A model generated the notes under the pieces. It searched no databases. It was not told the origin of the DNA and saw only the letters and a program-made list of their open reading frames with translations. 64,000 nucleotides of DNA from Pseudonocardia sp. Lineage in GTDB: Bacteria > Actinomycetota > Actinomycetes > Mycobacteriales > Pseudonocardiaceae. This document shows, one piece after another, positions 39,155-52,718 of this stretch; position 1 is the stretch's first letter, and every line of letters begins with the position of its first letter. The position numbers were made by a program, and so were the translations under genes. The stretch covers positions 2,399 to 66,398 of the forward strand of contig JAYSXW010000004.1 of NCBI GenBank assembly GCA_043716935.1, given 5' to 3'.

Positions 39155-39763
39155 CTAGCGGAGCAGCGCGGCGATCGCGGCGTGCAGGGTGGCGGTCAGG
39201 TCCTGGTCCCGGTGGGCGATGCCGTGCAGGGTGAGCCCGTCGACGACGGCCACGATGACGGCGGCGGCGGTGTCGGGGTCGGGGTCACCCCGGTCGGGCA
39301 GCTCGCCGGCGGCGCGGGCCACGCGAAGGATCGCGGTGAGCTCCGAGGTGAACGCGGTGACTGCCCGGGTGTGCTGGGCGGCGAGGTCGGGGTGGGTGGA
39401 TGCGGCGGCGCTGAGCACGGTCCACACGATGCACTCCCGGCGGCGCTGCTGATCTAGGGGCAGGGCCTGCTCGCACAACCGGGCGACCACCTCCTGCACG
39501 GGCCCGGTGAGGTCGACGGTACCCAGACGGGCGGTGATGGTGTCGACGGTGTGGGCGAACGCGGCCAGCAGCAGGGCGTTCCGGGTGGCGTAGTGGTGCT
39601 GGACGGTCCCCCCGGACACCCCGGCCTCGCGAGCGACGGTCCGCACGCTCAGCACATCGAATCCGTCGCGGGCCACCACCCTCATCGCCGCGGCGGCGAT
39701 CCGCTGCGCGGTCACCGCACCCGGGGTCGTCGTCCGAGGGCGGGACACCGTGGCGCGAGTCAC
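39155..39763 (-). CDS. TetR family regulator (BetI/PksA-like C-terminus)
   Basis: IAAAAMRVVARDGF..LSVRTVAREAGVSGGTVQHHY, LPLD..RRRE..VW, VDGL. Confidence 0.9.
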   Translation of the reverse strand: MTRATVSRPRTTTPGAVTAQRIAAAAMRVVARDGFDVLSVRTVAREAGVSGGTVQHHYATRNALLLAAFAHTVDTITARLGTVDLTGPVQEVVARLCEQALPLDQQRRRECIVWTVLSAAASTHPDLAAQHTRAVTAFTSELTAILRVARAAGELPDRGDPDPDTAAAVIVAVVDGLTLHGIAHRDQDLTATLHAAIAALLR

Positions 39764-39764
39764 C

Positions 39765-39805
39765 CATACGACTGTACGGTGAGGGTCGGGCCATACGATT
39801 GTATG
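39765..39805. promoter_or_regulatory. Two operator-like sites CATACGAYTGTAYG overlapping divergent -10 boxes
   Basis: CATACGACTGTACG (39765-39778) and CATACGATTGTATG (39792-39805). Confidence 0.7.
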
Positions 39806-39819
39806 AGTTAGGGAGTGCC

Positions 39820-40386
39820 GTGATCGTCGCGATCATCGTTGCGTGCGAGGTCGGGTTCTGGGTGCTGCTCGGGGCGGGCCTGCTGGCGCGCTACGGGCTG
39901 CGGTGGCGCCGGGTCAGCACAGCTCTCCTGGTGTCGGTCCCATTGGTGGACCTGCTGCTGCTCGCCGCGACCGTGCTCGACCTCCGGGGTGGCGCCACTG
40001 CAACCGCAGCCCACGGGCTGGCCGCGGCCTACCTGGGGTTCTCCGTGGCCTTCGGCCACCAGCTCGTCACCAGCCTCGACCAGCGGGCCGCGCACCGCTT
40101 CGCCGACGGACCCGCCCCCGCCCGGCCTCCCACAACGGGGCCAGGCCGGATCCGGCACGAGTGGGCGCAGTGGCGGCGCGCCGCCGTGGCCTGGGCCACG
40201 GCGGGCGGGCTGCTGGTCGTCGCCGTCGCCGTCGTCGTCGATCCCACCCGCACCGCCGAGCTCGTCACCTGGGTGTGGTGGCTCACCGGTGCCCTGTTGC
40301 TCTGGCTGGCCGCCGGACCCGCCCTCGCCCACCTCCGCCACGGCCGCCCGCACCGCGCCCGCGGCAACGGTCGGTGGCTGTTCTGA
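39820..40386 (+). CDS. YmcC-like integral membrane protein
   Basis: IVACEVGFW, PLVDLLLLAAT.LDL.GGATAT.AHGLAA.YLG.SVAFG, closely resembling B. subtilis YmcC as recalled. Confidence 0.75.
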   Translation: MIVAIIVACEVGFWVLLGAGLLARYGLRWRRVSTALLVSVPLVDLLLLAATVLDLRGGATATAAHGLAAAYLGFSVAFGHQLVTSLDQRAAHRFADGPAPARPPTTGPGRIRHEWAQWRRAAVAWATAGGLLVVAVAVVVDPTRTAELVTWVWWLTGALLLWLAAGPALAHLRHGRPHRARGNGRWLF

Positions 40387-40560
40387 GGTACCGAGTGGAC
40401 CAGCGCGGCGAAATTGACCGGGACGGCGACTACGCACCGTGCTCGTGGTGACGCCGACAGTATGAAGCCACCAGTAATCTGTACGGTTCACCTGCATCGA
40501 CTTCTACGATCGGTCAGTCAGGGCGCGAAGCCGGAACCTCAGAACGGCTGAGGGGAACAA

Positions 40561-41067
40561 GTGGCTCAACCCAGGGACAAGAAGGGGCGGTATGCCTCCA
40601 CGGGCGGCGGTTTGATCGCGGCACTCGCCGCCGTCGCCGCCGGTGGTGGGCTCGGGACGGGAGTCGGATCGGCCGGGAGCGCCAACACTGTTGGGAGCGG
40701 CGTCCGCGCACAGGGCGCCCAGAACAGCAGCTCAGCCAGAGGAAGGGCCCGCGACCGCAGCACTGCGCCGACCATCACCCGCTTGGCGCGGAGAGAGTTG
40801 CGAGCGCGGGAACGTCGCACTCATCGCGGTAGCGTGGGTCGACATGCCCGACACCGACCAGTCATACCAGTTGCAGCGGCTCACAGACCGCAACGGCACC
40901 GGCAACGTCACCGAACTGTCGCGCGAGCGTGGCGGCCAACGTTCAGCGGCGTCCACTACCGCTCCGTACTCGACGGCAACACCGTGGTGAACATCCAGGC
41001 CGAACCTGTCGGCCGGGCTCAGGCAGCGCTCGCGCTGGCGGCGCTGGCCTCGGACACCGCCATCTGA
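40561..41067 (+). pseudogene. Eroded conserved hypothetical protein (Pseudonocardiaceae type)
   Basis: N- and C-terminal parts in frame 40561; middle (NVALIAVAWVDMPD..GTGNVTELS) in frame 40643, i.e. two compensating shifts. Confidence 0.5.
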
Positions 41068-41568
41068 GCATCGACAGCAACAACAGGAGGCCATCGGCAG
41101 TCGGACGGTTCGTTGACCTCGTCAGGGTGGGGGCTCCGAGTTAATTGCGGACATCATCTGTGAGACCGAACCGGGTGCGGCTCACCTTCGTCGGGCACCC
41201 GCATCGTTCGTCCATTCCGACGATCGGGACATCATTCTCCGCCATGATTGCGACTGCTCATGGCTCGATCCTCCCGAATCGGGGCTCGGGACAGCACGTG
41301 AGGTGGACGTCTTCCCACGGTGTTGATCGAGGTAGCGGTCGAGCAGCTCGTCGGCAGTCGCCATTGTGCGCGGACTGCAGCACCCACGACATGTTGTCAT
41401 CGGGTCCGAACCGGTGCGGACGCGCATACAGGGGGCCGCCGGGCCGATCGTCGACGCCATCCTGCTCGCGATTCCGCAGGTTCACGGCCTTCGCCGGGAT
41501 GAGCGGACTCCACCTGTGTCACGTCAAGTCGGCGGCTCGGTCTTTCAGAGCTTTCCGGACGGTGAGAC

Positions 41569-41644
41569 TGGTGGAGACGAGGGGAATCGAACCCCTAACC
41601 CCCGCCTTGCAAAGGCGGTGCTCTGCCAATTGAGCTACGTCCCC
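41569..41644 (-). tRNA. tRNA-Ala(TGC), CCA encoded
   Basis: GGGGACG/CGTCTCC acceptor with G3-U70; anticodon loop TTTGCAA; GGTTCGA T-loop. Confidence 0.97.
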
Positions 41645-41685
41645 GTGCCGAGTAGGACAATACCCGGGGCGCGAGGGAGACGGGC

Positions 41686-41799
41686 TCAGCGGGTGGTGGC
41701 CTCGTGCCAGAGGTCCTTGTCCGAGCGCGAGCTGCGGACCCTCGAGAAGACGAGAGCGCCTGCGGCGAGGGCGACAACAACGGCGATGATCTTCTTCAC
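41686..41799 (-). CDS. DLW-39 family small membrane protein (37 aa; not in ORF track)
   Basis: VKKIIAVVVALAAGALVFSRVRSSRSDKDLWHEATTR; DLW.EAT motif; located between tRNA-Ile and tRNA-Ala. Confidence 0.85.
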   Translation of the reverse strand: MKKIIAVVVALAAGALVFSRVRSSRSDKDLWHEATTR

Positions 41800-41836
41800 G
41801 GAAGTCCTGTCCTGCAGCCAGAGCGGGGTTGGGAAG

Positions 41837-41910
41837 TGGGCCTAGGTGGATTTGAACCACCGACCTCGTCATTATCAGTGACGCGCTCTAACCAACTGAG
41901 CTATAGGCCC
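41837..41910 (-). tRNA. tRNA-Ile(GAT)
   Basis: GGGCCTA/TAGGCCC acceptor; CGTCA-CTGATAA-TGACG anticodon arm; CCA not encoded. Confidence 0.97.
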
Positions 41911-41959
41911 CTGCGGCGAAGTGAGGTTACCCCGGGCCTCGCCGCGACTCCGCAGTGGG

Positions 41960-43147
41960 TCAGTCCCGTTCCGACAGCGTCACCTCGACGCCACCGACCA
42001 GATCGGCCGAGACGTTGTAGACGAAAGCCCCCACCGTGACGACGACGGCGAACAGCACGCTGTTGATCGCGCCGATCAGCGCGGCGAGGCCCAGAACACG
42101 GCCCACACTGATCAGTGGTCTACCGGCCGGCGTGTTGCCGGACACGAGGTCGGCGTAGGTGCCGTTGAGCCGGTCCCAGACGCCGATGCCGTCGAGGACG
42201 CCGTACAGGACACCGACGGCGACCATCCAGATCAACCAGATGACGACGGCGAGCACGACCGCGAGTTTGAGCACAGACCACGGGTCGAGCCGCTTGAGCT
42301 GGAGTGCGGCCTGCCGCGGCGGGCGGTTGCGGGCACGAAGGCCCGACCACCTGCCCCCCTCCCCCTCCGACGAGGTCGGTGGGCCCGGCTGTGGCGCGTG
42401 GCCCGGCGCTTCCATGAACGTGGTGGGCCCGTCCCCGAGCAGCCCGCCCGCTGACGACGGCGCCACGGGCTGCGCCAGTGGCATCTGCTCACGGAGGTCA
42501 TGCCCCGGGACGCGGTTCCACGGCGGCGGGCTTGCCGGTGCCTGGCCCGGCCCGGGTGACCAACCCGGATCCACGCGACCCCGCGGGTCCGGCCGTGCAC
42601 CGTTCCCCGGCAACCGCATCTGGGTGGTCGCCAACTCCTCGGGGCCCCGCCGCATCGGCGGCGGCCCGGATCGACCGGGGCCGTTGACCGAACCGTTGCC
42701 CGATGGCGGCGTCGCACCGGCCTGGCGGGACGGCTCCCCACGGCCGGGCCCCTGCTCCCCCGGGCCGGGCGGTCCCGGTGCGGCGGGTCCCGAGCCGACA
42801 GGTCCCGGGCCGGCGGGTCCAGAACGGCCGGAAGGTGCAGAGACCGGCTCCCCGCCCTCCGGCGCACTGGCAACCTCCTTCGCCCCTTGCTCCAGCCGGG
42901 ACGACGGCTGGGGCGCCGCATGTTGCGGAGAGTGTTGCGGAGCCCCGTTCCCGGTGTCGCGAGCCGTCGAGGCCTCCGCCCGGGCCGTCGCCCCATTCGC
43001 CGACGGGGCTTCATCTCCTCGCGACACGGCACCGGCCTGGTGACCCGTTGCCACCGCACCGCGATGGTCGGCGTGACCGTCCGGGCCGGGGGCGTCGGAC
43101 TTGTCCGGGGTGCTGCTCGTGTCACTCACGGGGTGAACGTCTCCCAT
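41960..43147 (-). CDS. DUF3566 domain membrane protein with long disordered N-terminus (Rv0007-like)
   Basis: R.A.LQLKRLDPWSVLK, G.W..LN, NVSADLVGGVEVTLSERD; directly follows gyrA. Confidence 0.9.
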   Translation of the reverse strand: MGDVHPVSDTSSTPDKSDAPGPDGHADHRGAVATGHQAGAVSRGDEAPSANGATARAEASTARDTGNGAPQHSPQHAAPQPSSRLEQGAKEVASAPEGGEPVSAPSGRSGPAGPGPVGSGPAAPGPPGPGEQGPGRGEPSRQAGATPPSGNGSVNGPGRSGPPPMRRGPEELATTQMRLPGNGARPDPRGRVDPGWSPGPGQAPASPPPWNRVPGHDLREQMPLAQPVAPSSAGGLLGDGPTTFMEAPGHAPQPGPPTSSEGEGGRWSGLRARNRPPRQAALQLKRLDPWSVLKLAVVLAVVIWLIWMVAVGVLYGVLDGIGVWDRLNGTYADLVSGNTPAGRPLISVGRVLGLAALIGAINSVLFAVVVTVGAFVYNVSADLVGGVEVTLSERD

Positions 43148-45660
43148 CAGCTGCTCGTTGCGCCGAATTCGGCGTCGTCGGCATCGTCCTCGGCATTGCG
43201 GGCCACCGCCAGCAGGGTGGCACTCTCACCCAGGTTCATGAGGCGCACCCCCTTGGTCTGGCGGCCCGCCTTGCGCACTTGGCGGGCCGGCGTGCGGATC
43301 ACCCCGCCGGTGGAGGTAATGGCGTACAGCTCGTCGTCGAGCCCGACGATGAGCGCACCGACCAGAGTGCCACGGCGACGGTCGTACTGGAGAGTCAGCA
43401 CGCCCTTGCCGCCGCGGCCCTGCAGCGGGTAGTCCTCCATCGGAGTGCGCTTGGCGTAGCCGCCGGCCGTCGCTACCAGTACGAACGTGTCGGCCTGGAC
43501 GACAGCGAGCGCCAGCAGCCGGTCGCCGGCGTTGAACCGCATGCCGAGCACCCCGGACGTGGCGCGGCCCATTGGGCGCAGCACCTCGTCACTGGCGGTG
43601 AACCGGATTGACTGGCCCTCCGCGGAGACCAGCAACAGGTCGTCCTGCGCGGAGCACAGGACCGCGCCGACGAGTTCGTCGTCCTCGCGCAGGTTGATGC
43701 CGATCAGGCCGCCGGTGCGGTTGGAGTCGAAGTCGGTGAGCTTCGACTTCTTCACCAGGCCGGTTCTCGTCGCGAGGACGAGATAGGGGGTCGCCTGGTA
43801 GTCCTCGATCTGCATGACCTGGGCGATGTGCTCGTCGGGCTGGAACGCAAGCAGGTTGGCCACGTGCTGACCGCGCGCGCTGCGGTTGGCCTCGGGCAGC
43901 TCATAGGCCTTGAGCCGATACACCCGGCCCTTGTTGGTGAAGAACAGCATCCAGTCGTGCGTGGAACAGACGAAGAAGTGCGCGACGATGTCGTCCTGCT
44001 TGAGCGCCGCGCCCTGAACGCCCTTGCCGCCGCGCTTCTGCGCCCGGTAGAGATCGGTTTTGGTGCGCTTCGCGTAACCGGTCTGCGTGATCGTCACGAC
44101 CACGTCCTCGACGGCGATGAGGTCCTCGTTGGTGACGTCGCCGTCGTCGGCCACGATCCGCGTTCGACGCTCGTCGCCGTGGCGCTCGACTATCTCGGTG
44201 AGCTCGTCACGGACGATCTGGCGCTGCCGTTCGGGCTTGGCGAGGATGTCCTCGAGGTCGGCGATCTCCACTTCGATCTCGGCCAGCTCGTCGATGATCT
44301 TCTGACGTTCCAGCGCGGCGAGGCGTCGCAGCTGCATGTCGAGGATCGCCTGGGCCTGGACGTCGTCGACGTCGAGCAGCTCGATCAGGCCGGCGCGGGC
44401 AACGTCGACCGTCGCGGACGCCCTGATCAGCGCGATGACCTCGTCGAGGGCGTCGAGCGCCTTGACGTAGCCACGCAGGATGTGGGCCCGCTCCTCGGCG
44501 CGGCGCAGCCGGAAGCGCGTCCGCCGGACGATGACCTCGATCTGGTGGCGGACGTAGTTCCGGACCACCTGGTCCAGGCGCAGCGTCCGCGGCACGCCGT
44601 CGACGATCGCCAGCATGTTGACACCGAAGCCGTACTGCAGCTGGGTGTGCTTGTAGAGGTTGTTGAGCACGACCTTCGCCACCGCGTCGCGCTTGAGCGT
44701 GATGACGATGCGCATGCCGACGCGGTCCGACGACTCGTCGTTGATCTCGGCGATGCCCTGGAGCTTGCCGTCGCGGTGCTGGCTCGCGATCGACTCGATG
44801 AGGTTGTCCGGGTTGACCTGGTACGGCAGTTGCGTGCAGACGAGGATCGTGCGCCCGCGGGAATCCTCCTCGACCTCGACGACCGCACGCATCCGTACCG
44901 AGCCGCGGCCCGTTCGGTAGGCCTGCTCGATGCCGTCCCGCCCGACGATGAGCCCGGCGGTGGGGAAGTCTGGACCCGGGATGCGCTCCATCAGCGCGGT
45001 GAGCAGTTGCTCGTCCTCGGCGTCGGGGTGGTCCAGCGCCCACACCACGCCGGCCCCGACCTCGCGCAGGTTGTGCGGCGGCACGTTCGTGGCCATCCCG
45101 ACCGCGATGCCGGAGCTGCCGTTGATCAGCAGGTTCGGCGCCCGCGAGGGCAGGACGTCGGGCTCCTGCGCCTTGCCGTCGTAGTTGTCGGAGAAGTCGA
45201 CGGTGTCCTGGTCGATGTCCTGCAACATCGCCATCGCCAACGGTGTGAGGCGACACTCGGTGTAGCGCATCGCGGCGGCCGGGTCGTTGCCGCGGGAGCC
45301 GAAGTTGCCCTGCCCGTCGATCAAGGGGTAGCGCTGCGACCAGGGCTGGGCCAGCCGCACGAGCGCGTCGTAGATCGAGCTGTCACCGTGCGGGTGGTAG
45401 TTGCCCATCACCTCGCCGACGACGCGCGCGCACTTGACGTAACTGCGGTCGGGCCGGAAATTGTTCTCCCCCATCGAGTACAGAACGCGCCTGTGTACCG
45501 GCTTGAGCCCGTCCTCGACCAGCGGGAGCGCGCGGCCGACGATCACGCTCATCGCGTAGTCGATGTAGGAGCGCTGCATCTCCTGCTGGATGTCGACCGG
45601 CTCGGTGCGGTCGCCGCCGCTCGGGGGCGGCGGCAGGGTGGGGTCGAGCGTGTCTGTCAC
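43147..45660 (-). CDS. gyrA: DNA gyrase subunit A
   Basis: [17 protein letters not shown], GyrA-box QKRGGKG. Confidence 0.98.
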   Translation of the reverse strand: MTDTLDPTLPPPPSGGDRTEPVDIQQEMQRSYIDYAMSVIVGRALPLVEDGLKPVHRRVLYSMGENNFRPDRSYVKCARVVGEVMGNYHPHGDSSIYDALVRLAQPWSQRYPLIDGQGNFGSRGNDPAAAMRYTECRLTPLAMAMLQDIDQDTVDFSDNYDGKAQEPDVLPSRAPNLLINGSSGIAVGMATNVPPHNLREVGAGVVWALDHPDAEDEQLLTALMERIPGPDFPTAGLIVGRDGIEQAYRTGRGSVRMRAVVEVEEDSRGRTILVCTQLPYQVNPDNLIESIASQHRDGKLQGIAEINDESSDRVGMRIVITLKRDAVAKVVLNNLYKHTQLQYGFGVNMLAIVDGVPRTLRLDQVVRNYVRHQIEVIVRRTRFRLRRAEERAHILRGYVKALDALDEVIALIRASATVDVARAGLIELLDVDDVQAQAILDMQLRRLAALERQKIIDELAEIEVEIADLEDILAKPERQRQIVRDELTEIVERHGDERRTRIVADDGDVTNEDLIAVEDVVVTITQTGYAKRTKTDLYRAQKRGGKGVQGAALKQDDIVAHFFVCSTHDWMLFFTNKGRVYRLKAYELPEANRSARGQHVANLLAFQPDEHIAQVMQIEDYQATPYLVLATRTGLVKKSKLTDFDSNRTGGLIGINLREDDELVGAVLCSAQDDLLLVSAEGQSIRFTASDEVLRPMGRATSGVLGMRFNAGDRLLALAVVQADTFVLVATAGGYAKRTPMEDYPLQGRGGKGVLTLQYDRRRGTLVGALIVGLDDELYAITSTGGVIRTPARQVRKAGRQTKGVRLMNLGESATLLAVARNAEDDADDAEFGATSS

Positions 45661-45699
45661 GTGATTCCTCTACTCGTGCGGTGGCGGGGCCGGGCCGGG

Positions 45700-47841
<2,142 letters not shown>

Positions 47842-47943
47842 TCACAGAGCGCCGAATGTCGATCCGATCGGGTTGCGAGGCAGTAAGGGGGATCGCGACG
47901 GGCTGGGGGCCCGTCACGTCGGCCTGTGTGGTCACATCCGACC

Positions 47944-48585
47944 TCAGCCGTAGGTGTCGCGAGGGCCCCGGCCGCGGACGGTGCGGAGGCCGTGCTTCCA
48001 CGTCGGGCCCTGCGGGCCGACCACCCGGATGCGCTTGACCACGTCACGGCCGACCACGCCGGCCAGGCGGCCCAGCAGCTGGCGCTGCATCGTGCGCAGT
48101 TGGGTGGCCCAGGCCGTCGACTCGGCCTGCAGCACCAGCTCGCCGTCACGCAGCGACAGCGGGGTGCAGTGGTCGGCGATCTCCGCGCCGACGAGCTGCG
48201 GCCAGCGGCCCAGCACCGTGGCGTCGGTCAGGCGGGGCGACCAGCCGCGGTCGAGCGACACGCGGGCCACCAGCCGGCCGAACGGCTGCGGGTCGCGCTG
48301 GTCGGGTCCCGGGCCGGACCAGCGGCGCCGGCGGCTCCGGTTGGCGCCCGGCCGGCCGGCCTGGTCGGCCGAGCGCTGCGCCGCCCGCCGCGCCGACGCC
48401 TCGCGGGCCGCGCGCAGTGCCTCGCGGGCGATGTCGGGTCCGCGCCCAGCGGACGTCTTGTCGTCATCCCCAACCTTGGGGACAACCGGCCCGGCTTGGG
48501 GTACGTCAGATGGTCTTCCCCGCACGACGGACGGTCGTTCTGGCCGGTCATCACCAGTCCGGCGAGAGTTATCCACAGTATCCAC
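47944..48585 (-). CDS. dciA: DciA/DUF721 family protein (start uncertain)
   Basis: WSG.GPD.RDPQ, W..LVG.EIA.H, AESTAWATQLR, GP..P.W..G.R.V.GRGPRDTYG. Confidence 0.9.
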   Translation of the reverse strand: MDTVDNSRRTGDDRPERPSVVRGRPSDVPQAGPVVPKVGDDDKTSAGRGPDIAREALRAAREASARRAAQRSADQAGRPGANRSRRRRWSGPGPDQRDPQPFGRLVARVSLDRGWSPRLTDATVLGRWPQLVGAEIADHCTPLSLRDGELVLQAESTAWATQLRTMQRQLLGRLAGVVGRDVVKRIRVVGPQGPTWKHGLRTVRGRGPRDTYG

Positions 48586-48598
48586 ACCTTTGTCCCCA
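48464..48598. promoter_or_regulatory. Cluster of DnaA boxes at the recF/dciA junction
   Basis: TTATCCACA 48569-77 (perfect), GTATCCACA 48578-86, TTGTCCCCA 48590-98, TGGGGACAA 48477-85, TCATCCCCA 48464-72. Confidence 0.7.
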
Positions 48599-48609
48599 GG
48601 TCGGCCGGA

Positions 48610-49806
48610 TCATGCCGGGCTCACCGACGTGGACCGATCCGGCTCCCGCTCGAGCACGCTGCCCGCCTCGCCACCGCCCGGCGCACGCGACACCGCGAAG
48701 CGGGCTCCGATGAGCGATTCCGGCACGTCCTGCGCGACTGCCGCCGTCACGAGCACCTGCTCGGCGCGGGCGGCCACGTCGGCGAGGGTTCGTCGGCGGG
48801 TCGTGTCGAGCTCGGCGAACACGTCGTCGAGCACCAGCACCGGTTCGACGTCGTCATCGCGCAGCCGTCGGTAGGAGGCCAGGCGCAGTGCGAGCGCGAG
48901 CGCCCACGACTCCCCGTGGCTCGCGTAGCCCTTCGCAGGGCCCTCACCCAGCCGCAGGTCGAGATCGTCGCGATGTGGGCCGACGAGACACACCCCGCGT
49001 TCGACCTCCTGGCGGCGGACCCGGGCCATCGCCTCGAGCAGCAGCGGTTCCAGCTCGGCCGCAGACGACGGCAGCTCGGATGCGGCGCCATCGGGACCGG
49101 CGCCGTCGGGGGCAGGATCGATCAGGCTGGTCCGGTAGCGCAGCGCGACCGGCTCCGACGTCGGTGCCACCTCGGTGAACGCCTCGACGGCCAACGGCGC
49201 GATCGCGGCCAGCAGCTCGAGCCGGCCCGCGAGCAGCGCGGCGCCATGGTGGGCGAGATGGCCGTCCCAGACGTCGAGCGTGCCGAGGTCGGCCGTCCGG
49301 GCCCTCGCCGACTTGAGCAGCGCCGAGCGCTGGCGCAGCACGCGGTCGTAGTCGGCGCGGACGGCGGAGTAGCGGGGATAGCGGGAGACCAGGAGGTCGT
49401 CGAGGAAGCGGCGGCGCTCGCCCGGGTCGCCGCGCACGAGAGCGAGGTCCTCGGGGGCGAACTGCACCGTCCGCAGGATCCCCAGCAGGTCCCGCGGCCG
49501 GGCCGGCGAGCCGTTGCGCCGGGCCCGGTTGGCCCGGCCCGCGGTGATCTCCAGCTCGATCGTCAGCTCCCGGCCGTGGTGCACGACCACTCCGCGGACC
49601 AGCGCGTGCTCGGCGCCGCGGCGGATCAGCGGGGCGTCGGCCGCCACTCGGTGCGAGCCGAGCGTGGCGAGGTAGCCGGCCGCCTCCACCAGGTTGGTCT
49701 TGCCCACACCGTTCGGTCCGACGAGCACCGTGACGCCCGGCTCGAGGTCGATCTCGGCGGTCGACCACGACCGGTAGTCGACGACGGCCAGGCGCTGCAG
49801 GTGCAC
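48610..49806 (-). CDS. recF: DNA replication/repair protein RecF
   Basis: [10 protein letters not shown] Walker A, GPHRDDL, ASHGE, LLLDDVF-like [12 protein letters not shown]. Confidence 0.96.
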   Translation of the reverse strand: MHLQRLAVVDYRSWSTAEIDLEPGVTVLVGPNGVGKTNLVEAAGYLATLGSHRVAADAPLIRRGAEHALVRGVVVHHGRELTIELEITAGRANRARRNGSPARPRDLLGILRTVQFAPEDLALVRGDPGERRRFLDDLLVSRYPRYSAVRADYDRVLRQRSALLKSARARTADLGTLDVWDGHLAHHGAALLAGRLELLAAIAPLAVEAFTEVAPTSEPVALRYRTSLIDPAPDGAGPDGAASELPSSAAELEPLLLEAMARVRRQEVERGVCLVGPHRDDLDLRLGEGPAKGYASHGESWALALALRLASYRRLRDDDVEPVLVLDDVFAELDTTRRRTLADVAARAEQVLVTAAVAQDVPESLIGARFAVSRAPGGGEAGSVLEREPDRSTSVSPA

Positions 49807-49820
49807 GTCGGACCGGGCCG

Positions 49821-50768
<948 letters not shown>

Positions 50769-50817
50769 GGTTCCACTCCAGGTTTCGTCCGACGGAAGGC
50801 CCCGCGCACCGGGCGGC

Positions 50818-51978
50818 TCAGCCGGGGAGGCGCACGGGCATCAACAGGTGCAGGTACCCCGGCACCGCGTCGGCAGTCGGCCCGTCCGCCGCGTCGTCCG
50901 CAGGAGGGGCCGGGACGGGCCGTACGAGCGCCGGCCGGTTGGGGGTGGTGAACGTGAGCTGGGCGCGCTCGGTGTGCAGGGCTGCGAGCGAGTCCAACAG
51001 GTAGCCCGGGTTGAACGCGATGGTCAGGGCGGCGCCGTCGAGCTCGCAGGGCAGCTCCTCCTCGGCACTGCCGACATCGTCGCCGCCCGCGGCCAGCCGT
51101 AGCCCGTCGTCGCTGAACTCCATGCGGACCTGCGCGACGCGGTCGGTGACCAACGCGACCCGCTTGATCGCCTCGACGAGACCGGCCACCCCCACGATCG
51201 CGGCGCTGGTGTGCTCGGCCGGGATCAGCTGACGGAACCGCGGGAACTCGGCGTCGAGCAGGCGGGTGGTGGCGCGTCGGCCGGCGCCGGTGATACCGAG
51301 CATGCCCTCCCCCGCCGACAGGGCCAGCTCGACGGTACCCGCGCCACCGAGGGTCTTCGCGACCTCGGCCAGGGTGCGGGCGGGGATCAGCACGGCACTC
51401 GACCCGCCAAGGTCCTCCGGGGTCCAGTCCAGCTCGCGCACGGCGAGGCGGAACCGGTCGGTGGCGGCGAGGGTGAGCCGCTCGCCCTCGATCTCCAGCC
51501 GGATACCCGTGAGCATCGGCAGGGTGTCGTCCCGGCCGGCCGCGACCGCGACCTGCGCGACCGCCTGGGCCAGCTCGCCGGCCGCGACCGAGCCGGCCAG
51601 CTGCGGCATCTCCGGTAGCTGTGGGTAGTCCTCGACCGGCATCGTCGGCAGGCTGAACCGGCTGTTGCCGCAGTTGATCGTCGCGCGGGAGCCGTCGACG
51701 ACGAGATCCACCGGTTTCGACGGCAGCGCACGGGTGATGTCGGCGAGCAGCCGTCCCGACACGAGAACCCGGCCCGGATCGCCGATCGTGGCGTCGAGCT
51801 CGACGCGGGCGGAGGTCTCGTAGTCGAAGCCCGACACGGTGAGCCGATCACCGTCCGCCCCGCCGGAGGCCTCGATCAGCACACCGCCCAGTACCGGGAC
51901 CGGGGGCCGCGCCGGGAGGCTGCGGGCCACCCAAGCAGCCGCGTCGGCGAGGACGTCGCGTTCGACCCGGAACTTCAT
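50818..51978 (-). CDS. dnaN: DNA polymerase III beta clamp
   Basis: MKFRVERD start, [18 protein letters not shown]. Confidence 0.96.
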   Translation of the reverse strand: MKFRVERDVLADAAAWVARSLPARPPVPVLGGVLIEASGGADGDRLTVSGFDYETSARVELDATIGDPGRVLVSGRLLADITRALPSKPVDLVVDGSRATINCGNSRFSLPTMPVEDYPQLPEMPQLAGSVAAGELAQAVAQVAVAAGRDDTLPMLTGIRLEIEGERLTLAATDRFRLAVRELDWTPEDLGGSSAVLIPARTLAEVAKTLGGAGTVELALSAGEGMLGITGAGRRATTRLLDAEFPRFRQLIPAEHTSAAIVGVAGLVEAIKRVALVTDRVAQVRMEFSDDGLRLAAGGDDVGSAEEELPCELDGAALTIAFNPGYLLDSLAALHTERAQLTFTTPNRPALVRPVPAPPADDAADGPTADAVPGYLHLLMPVRLPG

Positions 51979-52718
51979 GGCGGGGACCTCTCGTGCCGAG
52001 CTCGGTGCCCGACTGGGCGGTGGGACTGGTCCGTCGACCTGCTCACGGGCTCGGCCGACGACCTGTTTCGGGATGCGGGGTGGTGCCGGGACGGCGGCCA
52101 TCCGTGGACGTCGAACCGTGCCGGGAGGCTCCACCGTAGAGCCTCCCGGTGGTGGGTGTCATCCCGGCTGTCGGCACCCGTTGGGAGTGAGCCGGGCCGT
52201 TCGTCCACCGCCCTGTTGTTCTTCTAGTTCTCTGAAAAGAGTTCAACAGCAGTAGTACTCACACCTGTGGATAGTGTTGATCGACGCCGTCGTCGCAGGT
52301 CGGACGGTGTGGCGGGGTGGGGACGGGTCTGGTGGACCGACGGTGGACGGATCGGGTGACCGGTGGATGAACGCCGGCGAGGTCGGGTTGTCCCCCGGAT
52401 GAACACCGGTTGTCCACCGATCGCGAGCGATCTGTCCACCGATGTGCGGCGAACCATCCACAGAGTTGTCCCCAGATGGGGGTGGAATCGTGGTCGCCCG
52501 TGGACGCAGTGCAGCCGGATCGGTCGGAGTTGCGTCGGACTGGGCAGTGGGGAAACTCATGGTGTTCCCCCACGGGCCATGAGGCGGAACGCTCCGTGAC
52601 AACGATCGGTGACGGTATCGAGGACCGGGCACAAGGCGGAGCGGCGACCTGCCGCTATCGAACGCCGAGCGGTCGGCACCGGTGTGGTGCTCCGCCGAAA
52701 GCCCCGGCGGTCGGGTGG
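51979..52718. other. oriC: Chromosomal origin of replication (oriC)
   Basis: dnaA-dnaN intergenic; DnaA-box-like 9-mers at 52266 (TGTGGATAG), 52362, 52388, 52410, 52432, 52454, 52466; AT-rich DUE 52214-52260. Confidence 0.9.
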
